The notes beneath the pieces were generated by a model. That model had not been told where the DNA came from. It did not search any database and saw only the letters and a list, made by a program, of their open reading frames with translations. Positions 38,775-50,776 of a stretch of DNA of 64,000 nucleotides are shown in pieces. Each line of letters begins with the position of its first letter. Position 1 is the first letter of the stretch. Source of the stretch: Carcharhinus longimanus (Eukaryota). A program made the translations under genes and the position numbers. Location of the stretch: NCBI GenBank assembly GCA_030264375.1, contig JASCQW010000190.1, positions 25,792,339-25,856,338 of the forward strand. Reading direction: 5' to 3'.

Positions 38775-39950
38775 ATGTTAAAAAGGTACATTTTAAAGAG
38801 GAGCTTTAAACAATTAAAATGACAATAATTTAGGAAGGAAATTCTAAAGCATGAAGCCTAGACGGTTGAAGGCATACCTATTAATGGGTGAGCAAAGAGA
38901 GGGAAATGCACAAGTCAGGGGAATTGAGTTTTGACAGAGCGGTAAGGCTGGAGGAGATTAGAAGACAAGGCTATGAGCCATTCAAACATGATGAAGAGAA
39001 TTTTAAATGTAACATGTCAGAGAACTGGAAGCCAAAGTATGTCAGCAAAGACAGGAGTGATACGAGGGGGATTGGTACAAGATGATATATATAGGCAGCA
39101 GAAAGATGAGTTAACGATTACAAAGGATAGAGAATTTGAAACCTGCCAGGACAGCAGTAGAATAGTTGCCTCTAGCGTGTGACACATTGTGTGGCCAGGA
39201 AGAAAAATTTTGGATAGTCTCAATTCTTAGCAACAAAGATGTACATGAGCTCTGCACACATGCTCTTAGAAGTGATGGTGGAGGGGGTGGGGCGAAGCAC
39301 AAGGAGACAGTCAGTGGGACATAAAGTTGTTTCGGCAGAGTATAGAGGGGGTCTGGTGCTGCTTGTTGTGGTTCAGCCAGATTTGGTGATGCATGCTAAA
39401 TGCTCAAGTCTATNNNNNNNNNNTGTTTAAGACTGAAGGTTTGATTGGAGGCTACGGCATTGATAATAAAGATTAGCAGCAGTTGAGCAGATTGAAGATC
39501 TAGGTTTACACTAATGGCGAAAGGAAGGCCACGACAAGGAATGTTACATTTGAAAGTGCCTGGTGCAGAAAAAGCAGTTAAAAGTGGGTACAGTGAAGCA
39601 GTTGACGAAGGAAACAAGAAAGTGGTGATAAATGGTCATAGCTGCAATTGAAGCTATGGGTGAACAGAGGCTACAGAAGCAAGGCAACAGAAACAATTAC
39701 TGTGAATATTGATACAAGTGTTAATGTGGAAAATGAGGTTCACAAAATGAGCAGAGCGTGAAATCAGAAGGCAGGACAAAGTGAATTGGAACTGAGATTG
39801 AGATCACTGATGGTTAGGAGTTTCTCAATGCAGAAGCAGAGGGAGGGGAGCAATGAGGAACATGACTTAGAAAAGGCAACAGAGATTGAAGATTTTAAAA
39901 AAGGTGAAGAAATGGGTGGAACATTTGTAAGATGTTTGAAGAAATTGCCA
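38775..39950 (-). mobile_element. L2 LINE remnants
   Basis: Antisense L2-like sequence (tttaggaaggaaattctaaagc...tgaaggca). Confidence 0.55.
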
Positions 39951-42356
39951 AATAATTAGGAGAGTACCTCCAATTTCCAAGTCAGTGATCATATGCATCA
40001 TGTATTTTGTGAAGCTAATCGATGATATCTACAAGAACCACTTGCATTATACTCACCAGTGAAGTTGCAAATGAGATCCAAAAAGCAGATTATGCAATCT
40101 TTAAATTGATTTTTACGACCCAAAAGTCCATTCCATCAAATGATTTGCCAATATTATGTTCCCAAAAAGACTGATTGGGCAGAGTGCAATTCACGACACT
40201 AAGAATGTTCAGTTTCAGTCAAGCCATTTGGCAAGACACTGACTAAGAAGTCCCTCCGCAAAAAGAAAATCATTTTCAATTTGCCAGGCAAGTCATATCA
40301 TGAGTTTCTCATGCATTTCTTTTAAAAGGTAAAATTAGACTTAGGTGGAAGAATAGCATGTGGAATGAGGAGTTAATTTTAATAAACATGTTAATTCCCT
40401 TTATGCATCCAGACACCGCATCACTGCCCGACTTGTTAAAGCATAATCAGATCAATGCTGATGGAAACAATTAGGTAGCACAAGTTGTTTTAGCATCAAG
40501 ATCCAATATGCAGCATTAAGATGGAATTTCAACCGCACACAGCTGAATTTCAATACTGCTTGTGGGTAGAGAAACAACAAGCCGTTTTTCCACTTGCACC
40601 TCTGGTCTATTCAAAAGAGCAATAGCAGAAGCCCAAGATGAGATTACAGTTCTACCATTTCAGCTACAGTTGTTGAAGGGATCAGGGAAAAATAGTCAAA
40701 GGTGTGTACCATCGCCAGGACAGACTTGCCAAATCCAATCTTCACCCTCTGCCTGCATTGTAATTTTCTGTTAAATGTAACAAATTATTTCCATCAGAAA
40801 ATGCCAATGAATGTTCTTTGATTTTGTTAACTTTGGATATACCAAGAGTAAATGAGCTTGCTTTCACACAATACAGCTGCAAATGGCTGCTTTAGGAATA
40901 GGTGCCAAGTTTTCTTTTCTCAGGCAAGAAAAAAAGAGAAAAATGGAGAGGAAGTTCTTCCTGCGGTATCAGATTGAGAGGTTTAGGTACAGATCTCTTT
41001 CTGTGCTAAACTGCAGAACAGGTGTGGAGAACAGCAGTAAAATCTCTTGACTTCCTCCTTGCAATTCGAAGAGCTTTAATTTTAATCAATAGTTAAAACG
41101 AGGGTGTAGGTCAAAACGTGAAATGCAAAAATTAAAGCAGACTTACTTCAATACATTTGATTAATCACAATTTTGAAAATTGGAATTTTTCACAATGATG
41201 GATGTAAATTAAGCCTATTGTATTCCTCCATAAGTAGCAGCCCTTAAATTTAATAGAGTCAATGGTTATCACTTTTCCATTAACTTACTGGCCTGTGCAA
41301 AAACATTAATAGGGGAAGTCCTGTAGTCATAGAATGGACAGATAGATGCAGACAATAATTGCTCGTTCATTCAGTTCTAGTGTTATCTGGACACAATACA
41401 AAATGCTGAAGCTCTACACATTTTGTAAGCTCCTAAATATTATATTAAATATTGTATAACTGTTAAGAAATTGTATTTAAAATTGTTTAATTTCATATTG
41501 TAGCTCCCTTAATTTGTGCAAAATAAACAGTCTAATAAGTTAGCAATCATTTATTTTCCATGAAAAAAGTTCAGTTTATTAGAAAGTTAGGGCTGTGCAT
41601 AAAAAGGGTGTTGTATAGATAAGACATAAAAAAACATACTAAGCATTCATGATCTGCCACTGTTTCAAATAATATTTTACAAATAGACACAACTGTGAAG
41701 CTTTTTTGTAAAAAGGTTCAATTCCAATTTATGCCGTTTTAAATTAGGATGAAATCTGATGTCTAAACTATAAAAATTCAGCATTAATTCAACTTTGTAT
41801 TTAGGAAAATAGAACTAAACAAGATGTATTATCTCTTGAATGTGAAATATGCCATCATGTTATGAAATACTTTAAGACAATCTCCGGAGCTCTCAACTTA
41901 AGACATCAATACATCATATGACTCACTTAACAGCTAACACCAGGTGCATTCAATTTACTTGTACCTTCAGAGACTTCCAGATAATTTTAATATTACACTG
42001 GTGTGTATCATTGATAATGAGTAGAACTGCTGTTAGGTATTGGATTGGCAAAGTCTATCTCTAATTAGTAACTGTCCATATCACGATAAGGTAAACTCAG
42101 TTTGACCTTTCCATCATGTATCTATAGCAACCCAGCCAGTTTATTTTTAAACTGATGAAATAGCAAATAGTAAAAGATCCTCAATTAGATATGGGTGATT
42201 AATTAACACATTTTGATTGGAATAAACATTTCTTCTGAGGACTGTACAAGTCATGCGTTCGAGGACTATTGTTGAAAGGAAGCCTGAAAAAAGCCAGTGA
42301 TTAAGATGCAGAGTAGCTTAGTTTCAAATACCTAGTCCTTCTGCCAAGTCCATATC

Positions 42357-42489
42357 CTATCTAATGAGGGTGTAGTTACTTAACATTCATCACCAGTGAA
42401 CTCTGTAACTTTATCAGCTTACAAGCATGGCGCCATTGCAAGGCCAGGCCATTTTCAGTTCTCAGATAGTACAGATAAAAGTGTGATAG
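42357..42489. promoter_or_regulatory. Candidate intronic enhancer: GATA cluster
   Basis: 5 WGATAR in 133 bp, three in tandem at 42464, 42473 and 42484. Confidence 0.5.
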
Positions 42490-43847
42490 ATTACAATAGA
42501 TTGTTTCACTTGAGAATATGTGGCTCCCAGAACACACAATATAGTTCCCATCAGTTAGCTGGGGGAGGAAAATGAATGAAAAAGACAATAAGAGGAATAG
42601 GATAAGAAACAAATTCTACATAAACAAGAATAATTAAGAAAGGGGAGATTGAATTACAAAGAAGAATTAAACAAGAAATTAAATTTAAGATAACAAAGTG
42701 AAAGAGAAGGGAGAGAGGGATATCCATTGTATAGCAGGAAAGGAAAAGACTAAAGCGAGTGGGAAAGGAAAAAAATAGCAGGGTGAATGCAAATTATCAG
42801 GGAACAGGGAGAAGTGGGCCAAAGAATCAACAGTAACATAAAAGGAAGAATTAGTTGTAGTACAATGGAAGTGTGCCATAAATTTATCCTTGAACTCAAT
42901 CTTAATAAAATGCAACAAATATGAAATAGAAATTGAGTTAATTTAACAATAGGATTATAGTGCTAAGTGTTAATCCTTATTTTAATTTGCACAAGAACAT
43001 TTCAGAATAGGTTGTTTATTTATTGAATCTATTTTATCCTTTTTGAGAGAAGCATTTTCTTTCCTGTCAACTAAGCTAAGCAAATCATTCAACAAATTTC
43101 CAACAGCATGACATACAATTCAGGAACAGTTTGTAATTTGATATATTTTAGAACACCTGCTGCATACTCATCAGACACATTTCTTGGAAAATCATAAATT
43201 ACCAGGAAATCAGAAAGGATGACAGTTGGCTCCATCAAGTGAAAGGAGAGTTGGATCTCTAAAATTGAAGGCTGATATTGGCCAGAACTATCACTAGGAG
43301 CCATTCACATTTTATTCTAAAGTTGTTGCTTCAAAGACAGTGGGGGAAACCATCTCTTGGCTATGGCTTAAAAAAAGTACTACTGTTTGCTGTGGTCATG
43401 GTGCAAGACACATACAGTATTAGATGCCTGTGAAATCCTAAACACAGCCTTGTACTTGGTCATATTTTTGTCCTTAGATTTACACCAGATTTCTGGTACA
43501 ATTTGTAAGGCACTGATCATTCTCCAATATCTCACCCATGTGACTACTCACATGCGAACTACGGCCTTGAACACACTTGTGCCTTGCCCTGTCCTCACTA
43601 TACGTCAAAAGTACAGGATGTGTGGTAGAGTTCATGATTCACATTCATTGATTAGCCATTGCAATACTAAGGAAACTCACTGTTGTCAGCATGAACATTT
43701 TCCAGTTCTGTTCTACAATAAAATATTTGAATAATCACTTAAAATGGAACAATACCCACCATAACGTTTGTGCAAAATTCCAAAGAAAATGGTTAACAAC
43801 AACTAATTCAGAATGGGCAATATATCGAAGCAAGGATTTTCTAGTTT

Positions 43848-44370
43848 TTATTGTCTGGATAGACTGGGACTTCTCTCTTTGGAGCGTAGGAGGCTTAGGG
43901 GTGATCTTATAGAGGTCTATAAAATAATGAGGGGCATAGACAAGGTAGATAGTCAATATCTCTTCCCAAAGGTAGGGGAGCCTAAAACAAGAGGGCATAG
44001 GTTTAATGTGAAAGGGGAGAGATACAAAAATGTCCAGAGGGGCAATTCTTTCACACAGAGGGTGGTGAGTGTCAAGCTGCCAGAGGTAGTAGTAGAGGTG
44101 AGTAATTTTTGTCTTTTAAAAAGCATTTAGATAATTAAATGGATAAGGTGAGTATAGAGGGATATGGGCCAAATGCAGGCAATTGTGANNNNNNNNNNNN
44201 NNNNNNNNNNNNNNNNNNNNNNNNNNNNNNNNNNNNNNNNNNNNNNNNNNNNNNNNNNNNNNNNNNNNNNNNNNNNNNNNNNNNNNNNGATTAGCTTAGG
44301 GGTTTAAAAAATGGCGGCATGGACAAGTTGGGCCGAAGGGCCTGTTTCCATCCTGTAAACCACTATGACT
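43848..44370 (+). mobile_element. Young CR1 (HER1-like) 3' end
   Basis: LDRLGLLSLERRRLRGDLIEVYKIMRGIDKVDSQYLFP...TRGHRF; 3' UTR ttgggccgaagggcctgtttcc. Confidence 0.92.
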
Positions 44371-44884
44371 CAGTCACTGTCTCTACCAGCTACATCATAA
44401 TTTGGTATTAACAGTTCATAATTATAGCATAAATGTTTGTTTTTAAAAATCTCAACTAAGTTTCTGGAAGGTGCACAGAATACTATTCATCTTTCCAACT
44501 TATCAACAACTTCATTTACAGGCAACATAGATGACGAGTGAAATGAAAGATTTCAGCTGCGCAGAACAGAGTGCCCTAGAGAATTGAAGAGTAAGGTTAT
44601 AGCCCACGAGTCTTCTGCCCTCCATTCTAACACGATATGGGTAAAATAGTGGACATCAACATGGCAGCCCATTCCAGTCATGAACTTGACGTGCCACTGA
44701 TCTTGGGTCACATTCAAATCACAGACAAATGGTGTAACTGGGACTCTGATGGAAGTTCTTCAGCGTTAACAGTCTTTGTTATTCCTTTCACCACCCCTTA
44801 TGTTCTGCACAAAAAGCACAGTCCAACCAGTGATATCCTTACAATGCCTTATATTAAACTTCCAAATACAAAAATGTGATGAGC

Positions 44885-45970
44885 TTTACTGAGGCTTGGG
44901 AATGGCTGCGATCTGATTCACAGCCGAAATGGCGATTTAAATTGAATTAACGAACTACCCGCCCAACTTCATGAGCGTTTCCTCCTTTACCACCGTGTTC
45001 GCCAATCCAGAATCAGGCCGAAATGGACATGCTAAATAAAAGTCTGTTTTGGGCACTCCAGCTGCTGAAAAGGTGAGTTCAGAGCTTCCAACGGCTCTCT
45101 GACTCAGACTGGTGATGGTGGTGGTGTGGGGCCCTGATCGTTCTCTGGATGGGGCGGGGTGGGGGTGAAAATAGAATTTTTTTAGAATTATAGAATCCCA
45201 CAGCGCAGAAAAAGGCCCTTCTGTCCATCGAGTCTGCACCTCCCATGATCCCATCTTGGCCCTATCCCCATATCCCNNNNNNNNNNNNNNNNNNNNNNNN
45301 NNNNNNNNNNNNNNNNNNNNNNNNNNNNNNNNNNNNNNNNNNNNNNNNNNNNNNNNNNNNNNNNNNNNNNNNNNNNNNNNNNNNNNNNNNNNNNNNNNNN
45401 NNNNNNNNNNNNNNNNNNNNNNNNNNNNNNNNNNNNNNNNNNNNNNNNNNNNNNNNNNNNNNNNNNNNNNNNNNNNNNNNNNNNNNNNNNNNNNNNNNNN
45501 NNNNNNNNNNNNNNNNNNNNNNNNNNNNNNNNNNNNNNNNNNNNNNNNNNNNNNNNNNNNNNNNNNNNNNNNNNNNNNNNNNNNNNNNNNNNNNNNNNNN
45601 NNNNNNNNNNNNNNNNNNNNNNNNNNNNNNNNNNNNNNNNNNNNNNNNNNNNNNNNNNNNNNNNNNNNNNNNNNNNNNNNNNNNNNNNNNNNNNNNNNNN
45701 NNNNNNNNNNNNNNNNNNNNNNNNNNNNNNNNNNNNNNNNNNNNNNNNNNNNNNNNNNNNNNNNNNNNNNNNNNNNNNNNNNNNNNNNNNNNNNNNNNNN
45801 NNNNNNNNNNNNNNNNNNNNNNNNNNNNNNNNNNNNNNAGTGCGATTCAGATACTCGATTTTCTTTTCAGGCTAACTGCTAATAGGGACCCCTGAAAGCT
45901 GATTTCCAAGTCAGATCTGAATTGCGCCCAGATTCAGCACTTCGAATGAAAATGGTAAAATCTGGCCCAA
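44885..45970. mobile_element. Probable non-autonomous DNA transposon with a nested SINE/LINE tail and a large gap
   Basis: CpG-containing block ending ...ggtaaaatctggccca (TIR-like); tagaatcccacagcgcagaaaaaggccc tail just before the gap. Confidence 0.4.
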
Positions 45971-46309
45971 AATTTATGATAACGAAGTGCTCAACTCATC
46001 ATGCACTATTTCACAGTTCCACATTCTACTCCCCTTCTGAGGTACTCAGCCACTCGTTTCAGCAAAGCTGGTGCTGTTGTTCTTGAGAGAATTTTTACGT
46101 TTACTGTGGCCAGCTGCTGCTCAACTCTGACAGGGTCTAGCTACAGATTGCTGAACTTTAGCCGCCGGACTGCTCAAGCTGAACTAATTTTCTGGAACCA
46201 TGCTAGGTGCTACTTAAGATGTTGGCAAGGAACAAGCGTGACAACATATGCCGCTCCTGCTGTGCCCACGATCATTGTGCCACTCCCAGTCCTATCAGGC
46301 TTATCATTG

Positions 46310-48408
46310 TTATGATGTGGAGGACCACGTGCCTCCTTGACAGTCAAGGGTAGCCTCAAGGGTGAGTTTGTTGAATGTATTAGTGATTGTTTCTTGGAGC
46401 AATATGTTATGTAACTAACCAGACAGCAGGCTATTCTGGATTTGGTATTCTGTAATGAGCAGGGCTTAATTAATGACCTCATAGTTAAGGATCCTCTAGG
46501 GAAGAGTGATCATAGCATGAAAAAATTCAAAAGTGAGAAACTGGAGTCCCACACTCACATTCTGGAGTTAAACAAAGGTAATTACACAGTTACGAGGAGA
46601 GACTTGGGCCTAGTGGACTGGGCAGGAAGGCTAAAAGGTAGGACAGTTGATGAGCAGTGGCAGTTGTTTAAGATGATATTCAGTTTCTCCCAGCTAAAAT
46701 ATATTCAAGAATAAAGATTGTAAGAGCAGAAAAAAAATCCATGGCTAAGCAAGGAAGTTAAAGACAGCATAAAGACAAAGACCAGAGGCAGACTGGAAGA
46801 TTAAGAGACATTTAAAGATCAACAAAGGGTTTCTAAAAAAGTAATAAAAAGAGCATCAGTAAAATATGAAAAAAAACTAGCACAAAATATAAAAAAGGAT
46901 AGCAAAAGCTTCTGTAAGTAGATAAAAGGGAAGAGAATACATAAAGCGAATGTTGGTCCCTTAGAGGATGAGACTGGGGCGTTAATAACTAATACAGCAA
47001 TGGCAGGGTTGCTAAATCAATATTTTGCCTCAGTTTTCACAATGAAGAACACTAGTATCATCCCAATAATAACAGAAAGGAAGGAATTTGGAACAATTAC
47101 TCAACAAACTACTGGGATTGAAGGCAGACAAGCCCCCAAGATCCTGATGGCCTACATCCTCAGGTCTTAAAGGAAGTACCAGCAGAGGTAGTGGATCGAC
47201 TAGTCATTATATTCCATAATTTCCTGAATGCAGATAAGGTTCCAGTGAATTGGAAAAATGTTACGTTAACGTCCTTATTTAAAAAAGGGAGCCAGAAACT
47301 AGGAAACTATAGACCGGTTAGTTTAACACCTGCTATCAGAATCCATTATTTAGGAAGTAATAACAGGACATTTGGAAAGTCAAAATGCAATCCATCCGAG
47401 TTAGCATGATTTTATGAAGGTTGAAATCGTGTTTGACTAGATTGCTAGAGTTCTTCAAAGAATCACCAAGCAAAGTGAATAATGGAGATCCTGTAGCTGC
47501 AGTACATCTTCACTTCAGGAAGGCTTTTGATAAGATACCACACAGAAGTTAATACACAAGGTAAGGTCATATGAGGTTAGGGGCAATATATTAGATTGGA
47601 CAGACGACTGACCAACCAACAGAAAGCAGAGAGCTGGGATAAATGTTTGGTGAGACTTAACCAGTGGAGAGCCACAGGGTTCGGTCCTTGGGCCCCAACC
47701 ATTTACAATCTATGTTAATGACTCGGACAGGAATAGAAGGTACTATAGCCAAGTTTGCTGATGACTCTAAAATAGGTGACATAGTAAGCTGCAATAAAGA
47801 AATAAGCAATTTACAAATGGATATGGATAGGTTAGGAGAGTGCGCCAAAATTTGGCAGGTAGAAAATATGAGAGAGGTTATTCATTTTGGTTGAAAAAAC
47901 AGAATGGCAACTTATCCAAATGGACAGAAACTTCAGGGTGCTTCAGTGCAGAGAGATCTGATTATCCTCATGCATGAATTGTAGAAAACTAGTATGCAAA
48001 TACAGCTGATAATAAGGAAGGCACATGGAATTTTGGCATTTATTTTGCCTAAAGAAATAAAATATAAAAATAGGGAAGGGTGAACGGAGAGAGGATGTGT
48101 CCTCTTGTGAGGCAATCTAGAGCAAGAGGTCACAGTTTTAGGATAAGGGGTAGCAGATTTAAAATGGAGATAAGGAGAAATTACTTCTCACAAAGGGTAA
48201 CAAATCTGTGGAATTCACTGCCCTAGAGTATGGTAGATGCCAGGACATTGAGTAAATTTGAGGAGATAGATAAATTGTAATTGAAGGATTACGGAGAATG
48301 ACTTCAGTTCCACTTTGCTGCTCAAGACAAGATCAGCCATGATTGTATTGAATGGTGGAGCAGGCTTGGGGGGCTGAATGGCCTACTTATGCTCCCAGTT
48401 CTTCTTGC
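46310..48408 (+). mobile_element. CR1 LINE ORF2 (endonuclease end, RT, 3' UTR), frameshifted
   Basis: LVFCNEQGLINDLIVKDPLGKSDH, NYRPVSLT, IAKFADDSKIG (RT catalytic FADD motif). Confidence 0.92.
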
Positions 48409-50145
48409 ATTCTATTCAATACCTTCTCCGTGCTACATTTGCTCCAGTGGTGCACCAATTTTTGAAAAGTATTCAATCCCAAACACTGACACATCTTACA
48501 TTGACCCGAAAAACTTGCGTGCCCCCCAAATAATTTATTTTGGGATCCTAATTCTTATATAAAAAAGTTTTACTTCTTTAGGTAAGATGCTGGTAAGCAA
48601 ACAAATCCATTGGATTCTGTGTACTAATACCAATATCAGGGCATCCCAACACATTGTTGTCTCCTTCAATGTAATTGAGTAAGTATCCCGCTTTCACAGT
48701 TAAAATTTCAAAATCAGATAGATTTTTGTTTTTTAAATGTGTTAAGGAATATGGAACAAATGTAGGTCAATGGAGTTGATCATATCACTCACGATCTAAC
48801 TGAATGGTGGAACAGGCTCAAGGACCTACATGGCCCCCTCATTACATTAAGACACAAGCCAAAAAAAGTGGGTCAGCAGCCTACAGCACTACCAAATCAA
48901 TTTGCTTAGGTGATTAATATGCAGTAGTACCACAAATAATAAAGGCATTGTTTTCCAACATAACATGACATTTTTATCATTAAATTATAGTGGATGCTGT
49001 TCCATTTAACTAAGTATTCACACAATTATTTTTAGTGTGGAACTAAACTGGAGCAGTCATTCTCTCAGTGCCTCATAGTTCCTAAAGAATGTGAATCATG
49101 AACTTGACCAAACAACCCAAGCTACTGTAAATCATGGACTTCATACTTCTGACTTTATTCATATATTAGCCAATCAATTCACCTGAGGGGTGCTCTCTGG
49201 TTAACACAACCTCTGGTCCAATGGCTGACTTTTTATTCAAAATAAGGATCTACGATGACACTAACAAAATAGTAAACTAAAAACTAAGCTTTACTATGTG
49301 ATACTACTAAAAAATGATTTGATGGCAATAGCTCCCAAAAAACATTCATGATACTGTCAAGTATTTTTCTCTTCACTGGTAGCTTTTTTGCATACAATGA
49401 CAGTGACTTAATTTTCATCATTGTCATTTTTGTTCAATAGTCAAAACTTGATAACATCTCACCAGCTAATTTCAAATCACTTTTAAAATCACAAACATGC
49501 ACGTCCAATTTTGGTCTGCCCACCTGGTGAACAGGAGAGCAAAACTGATAAGATCAGCTCCATCTAGTTTAATGCTTTATTTTTAAGCCATTCCCAAAGG
49601 GAAAAAGAAAACCAAAAAACACAAAGGAGGGCTGCTTTTTTGTACCAGTGTCAACTCCATGGAAAACAGGCAGCAGATACAGATGAAGTAACCAGTTGGA
49701 ATGGGGTTAAAGAAGCAGTGCACTGCACTGCTTAGCATGAAGGAGGAACATCCAGTCAGTCATGAGGCTAGAAGTACAAATGGCTGCACCATAAATTTGA
49801 GCGGCACTACCTGTAAGCATGCAGACTGTTTTTTGATCCAAGTAATACTACTTAACAAAGGCAGACAGCCACAAAACTACAAGGTTTCCCCTCAGACAGA
49901 AATTCTTTTCCCTCCTCCGCACACAGTCATCAAGAAGCCGCACGTAAATTCATTACTTTGCCTAAAGAAATATGGACAGACTAGCAAATGCCCAGTTCAT
50001 GGTCATTCTGAAGGCTGCCAAACTTTCAAATTTTCTTTTTTTCAGCTCTGACTCAATTAGCACTTTCAGTCCAAAATTAATATTTTAAAAAAGGCATCAG
50101 AAAATGCTATGCTCAATCCCCTGAAGACAGGCAGTCAATCACACC

Positions 50146-50776
50146 CTATCTTACTGCATGAACATTCACCTTATTTGCGTAGACCTAATTTGAAAAATTT
50201 AATTTTATGTAAAAAAAAGAGATTACAAAAAAATATGTTATCATCAAGCAATGAATAATCCAGGCAGCTTTTTTTTCCCTGGCATTTTGGTGGAGTGTGA
50301 TAAGGCTAAAAACAACAGGCTGCTCAGTAAAGTGAAAAAAAGAGAGATAGATAACATTGATATGCACTCCTACACAAAACAGTCCAACCCTTATCTTTGC
50401 TTTTTATCACAGTTCTTTTTTTTACACAACCAGACTGGAAGCTCCTTTAATAAAACACCATGAGAGGGAAAAATAGACGTGAAGTTCTAACTCTCCCCCT
50501 TTAAAAAAAAGGAAACATAATTTATCAAGGTATTATCGAGAAATCCAGACACCCTAATCAGCTCCCATGAAGTCAGTATTTCCATTCTTATCTAGTGGAG
50601 GAGTGGAAATGGAGAAGTGATTGTCAGAGCTGTGCAGATTACTGGAGCGGAATGCTAATGGAAGACAAGGCTCGACCATTGGTCGCTTAGTACTTGCTAT
50701 CAGCACCATTATCAAAGCTTATCAATGCAACCATCGCTTCATAGTAATGGGGCCAGTTCAACTTTCTGCATTATCA
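50146..50776. promoter_or_regulatory. Candidate intronic enhancer: dense GATA (WGATAR) cluster ~3 kb into intron 1
   Basis: 13 WGATAR matches counted by eye in ~630 bp of repeat-free sequence. Confidence 0.65.

Noticed and set aside
45245-45895. Long 208-216 aa ORFs
   Set aside because: Artefacts of translating an N gap.
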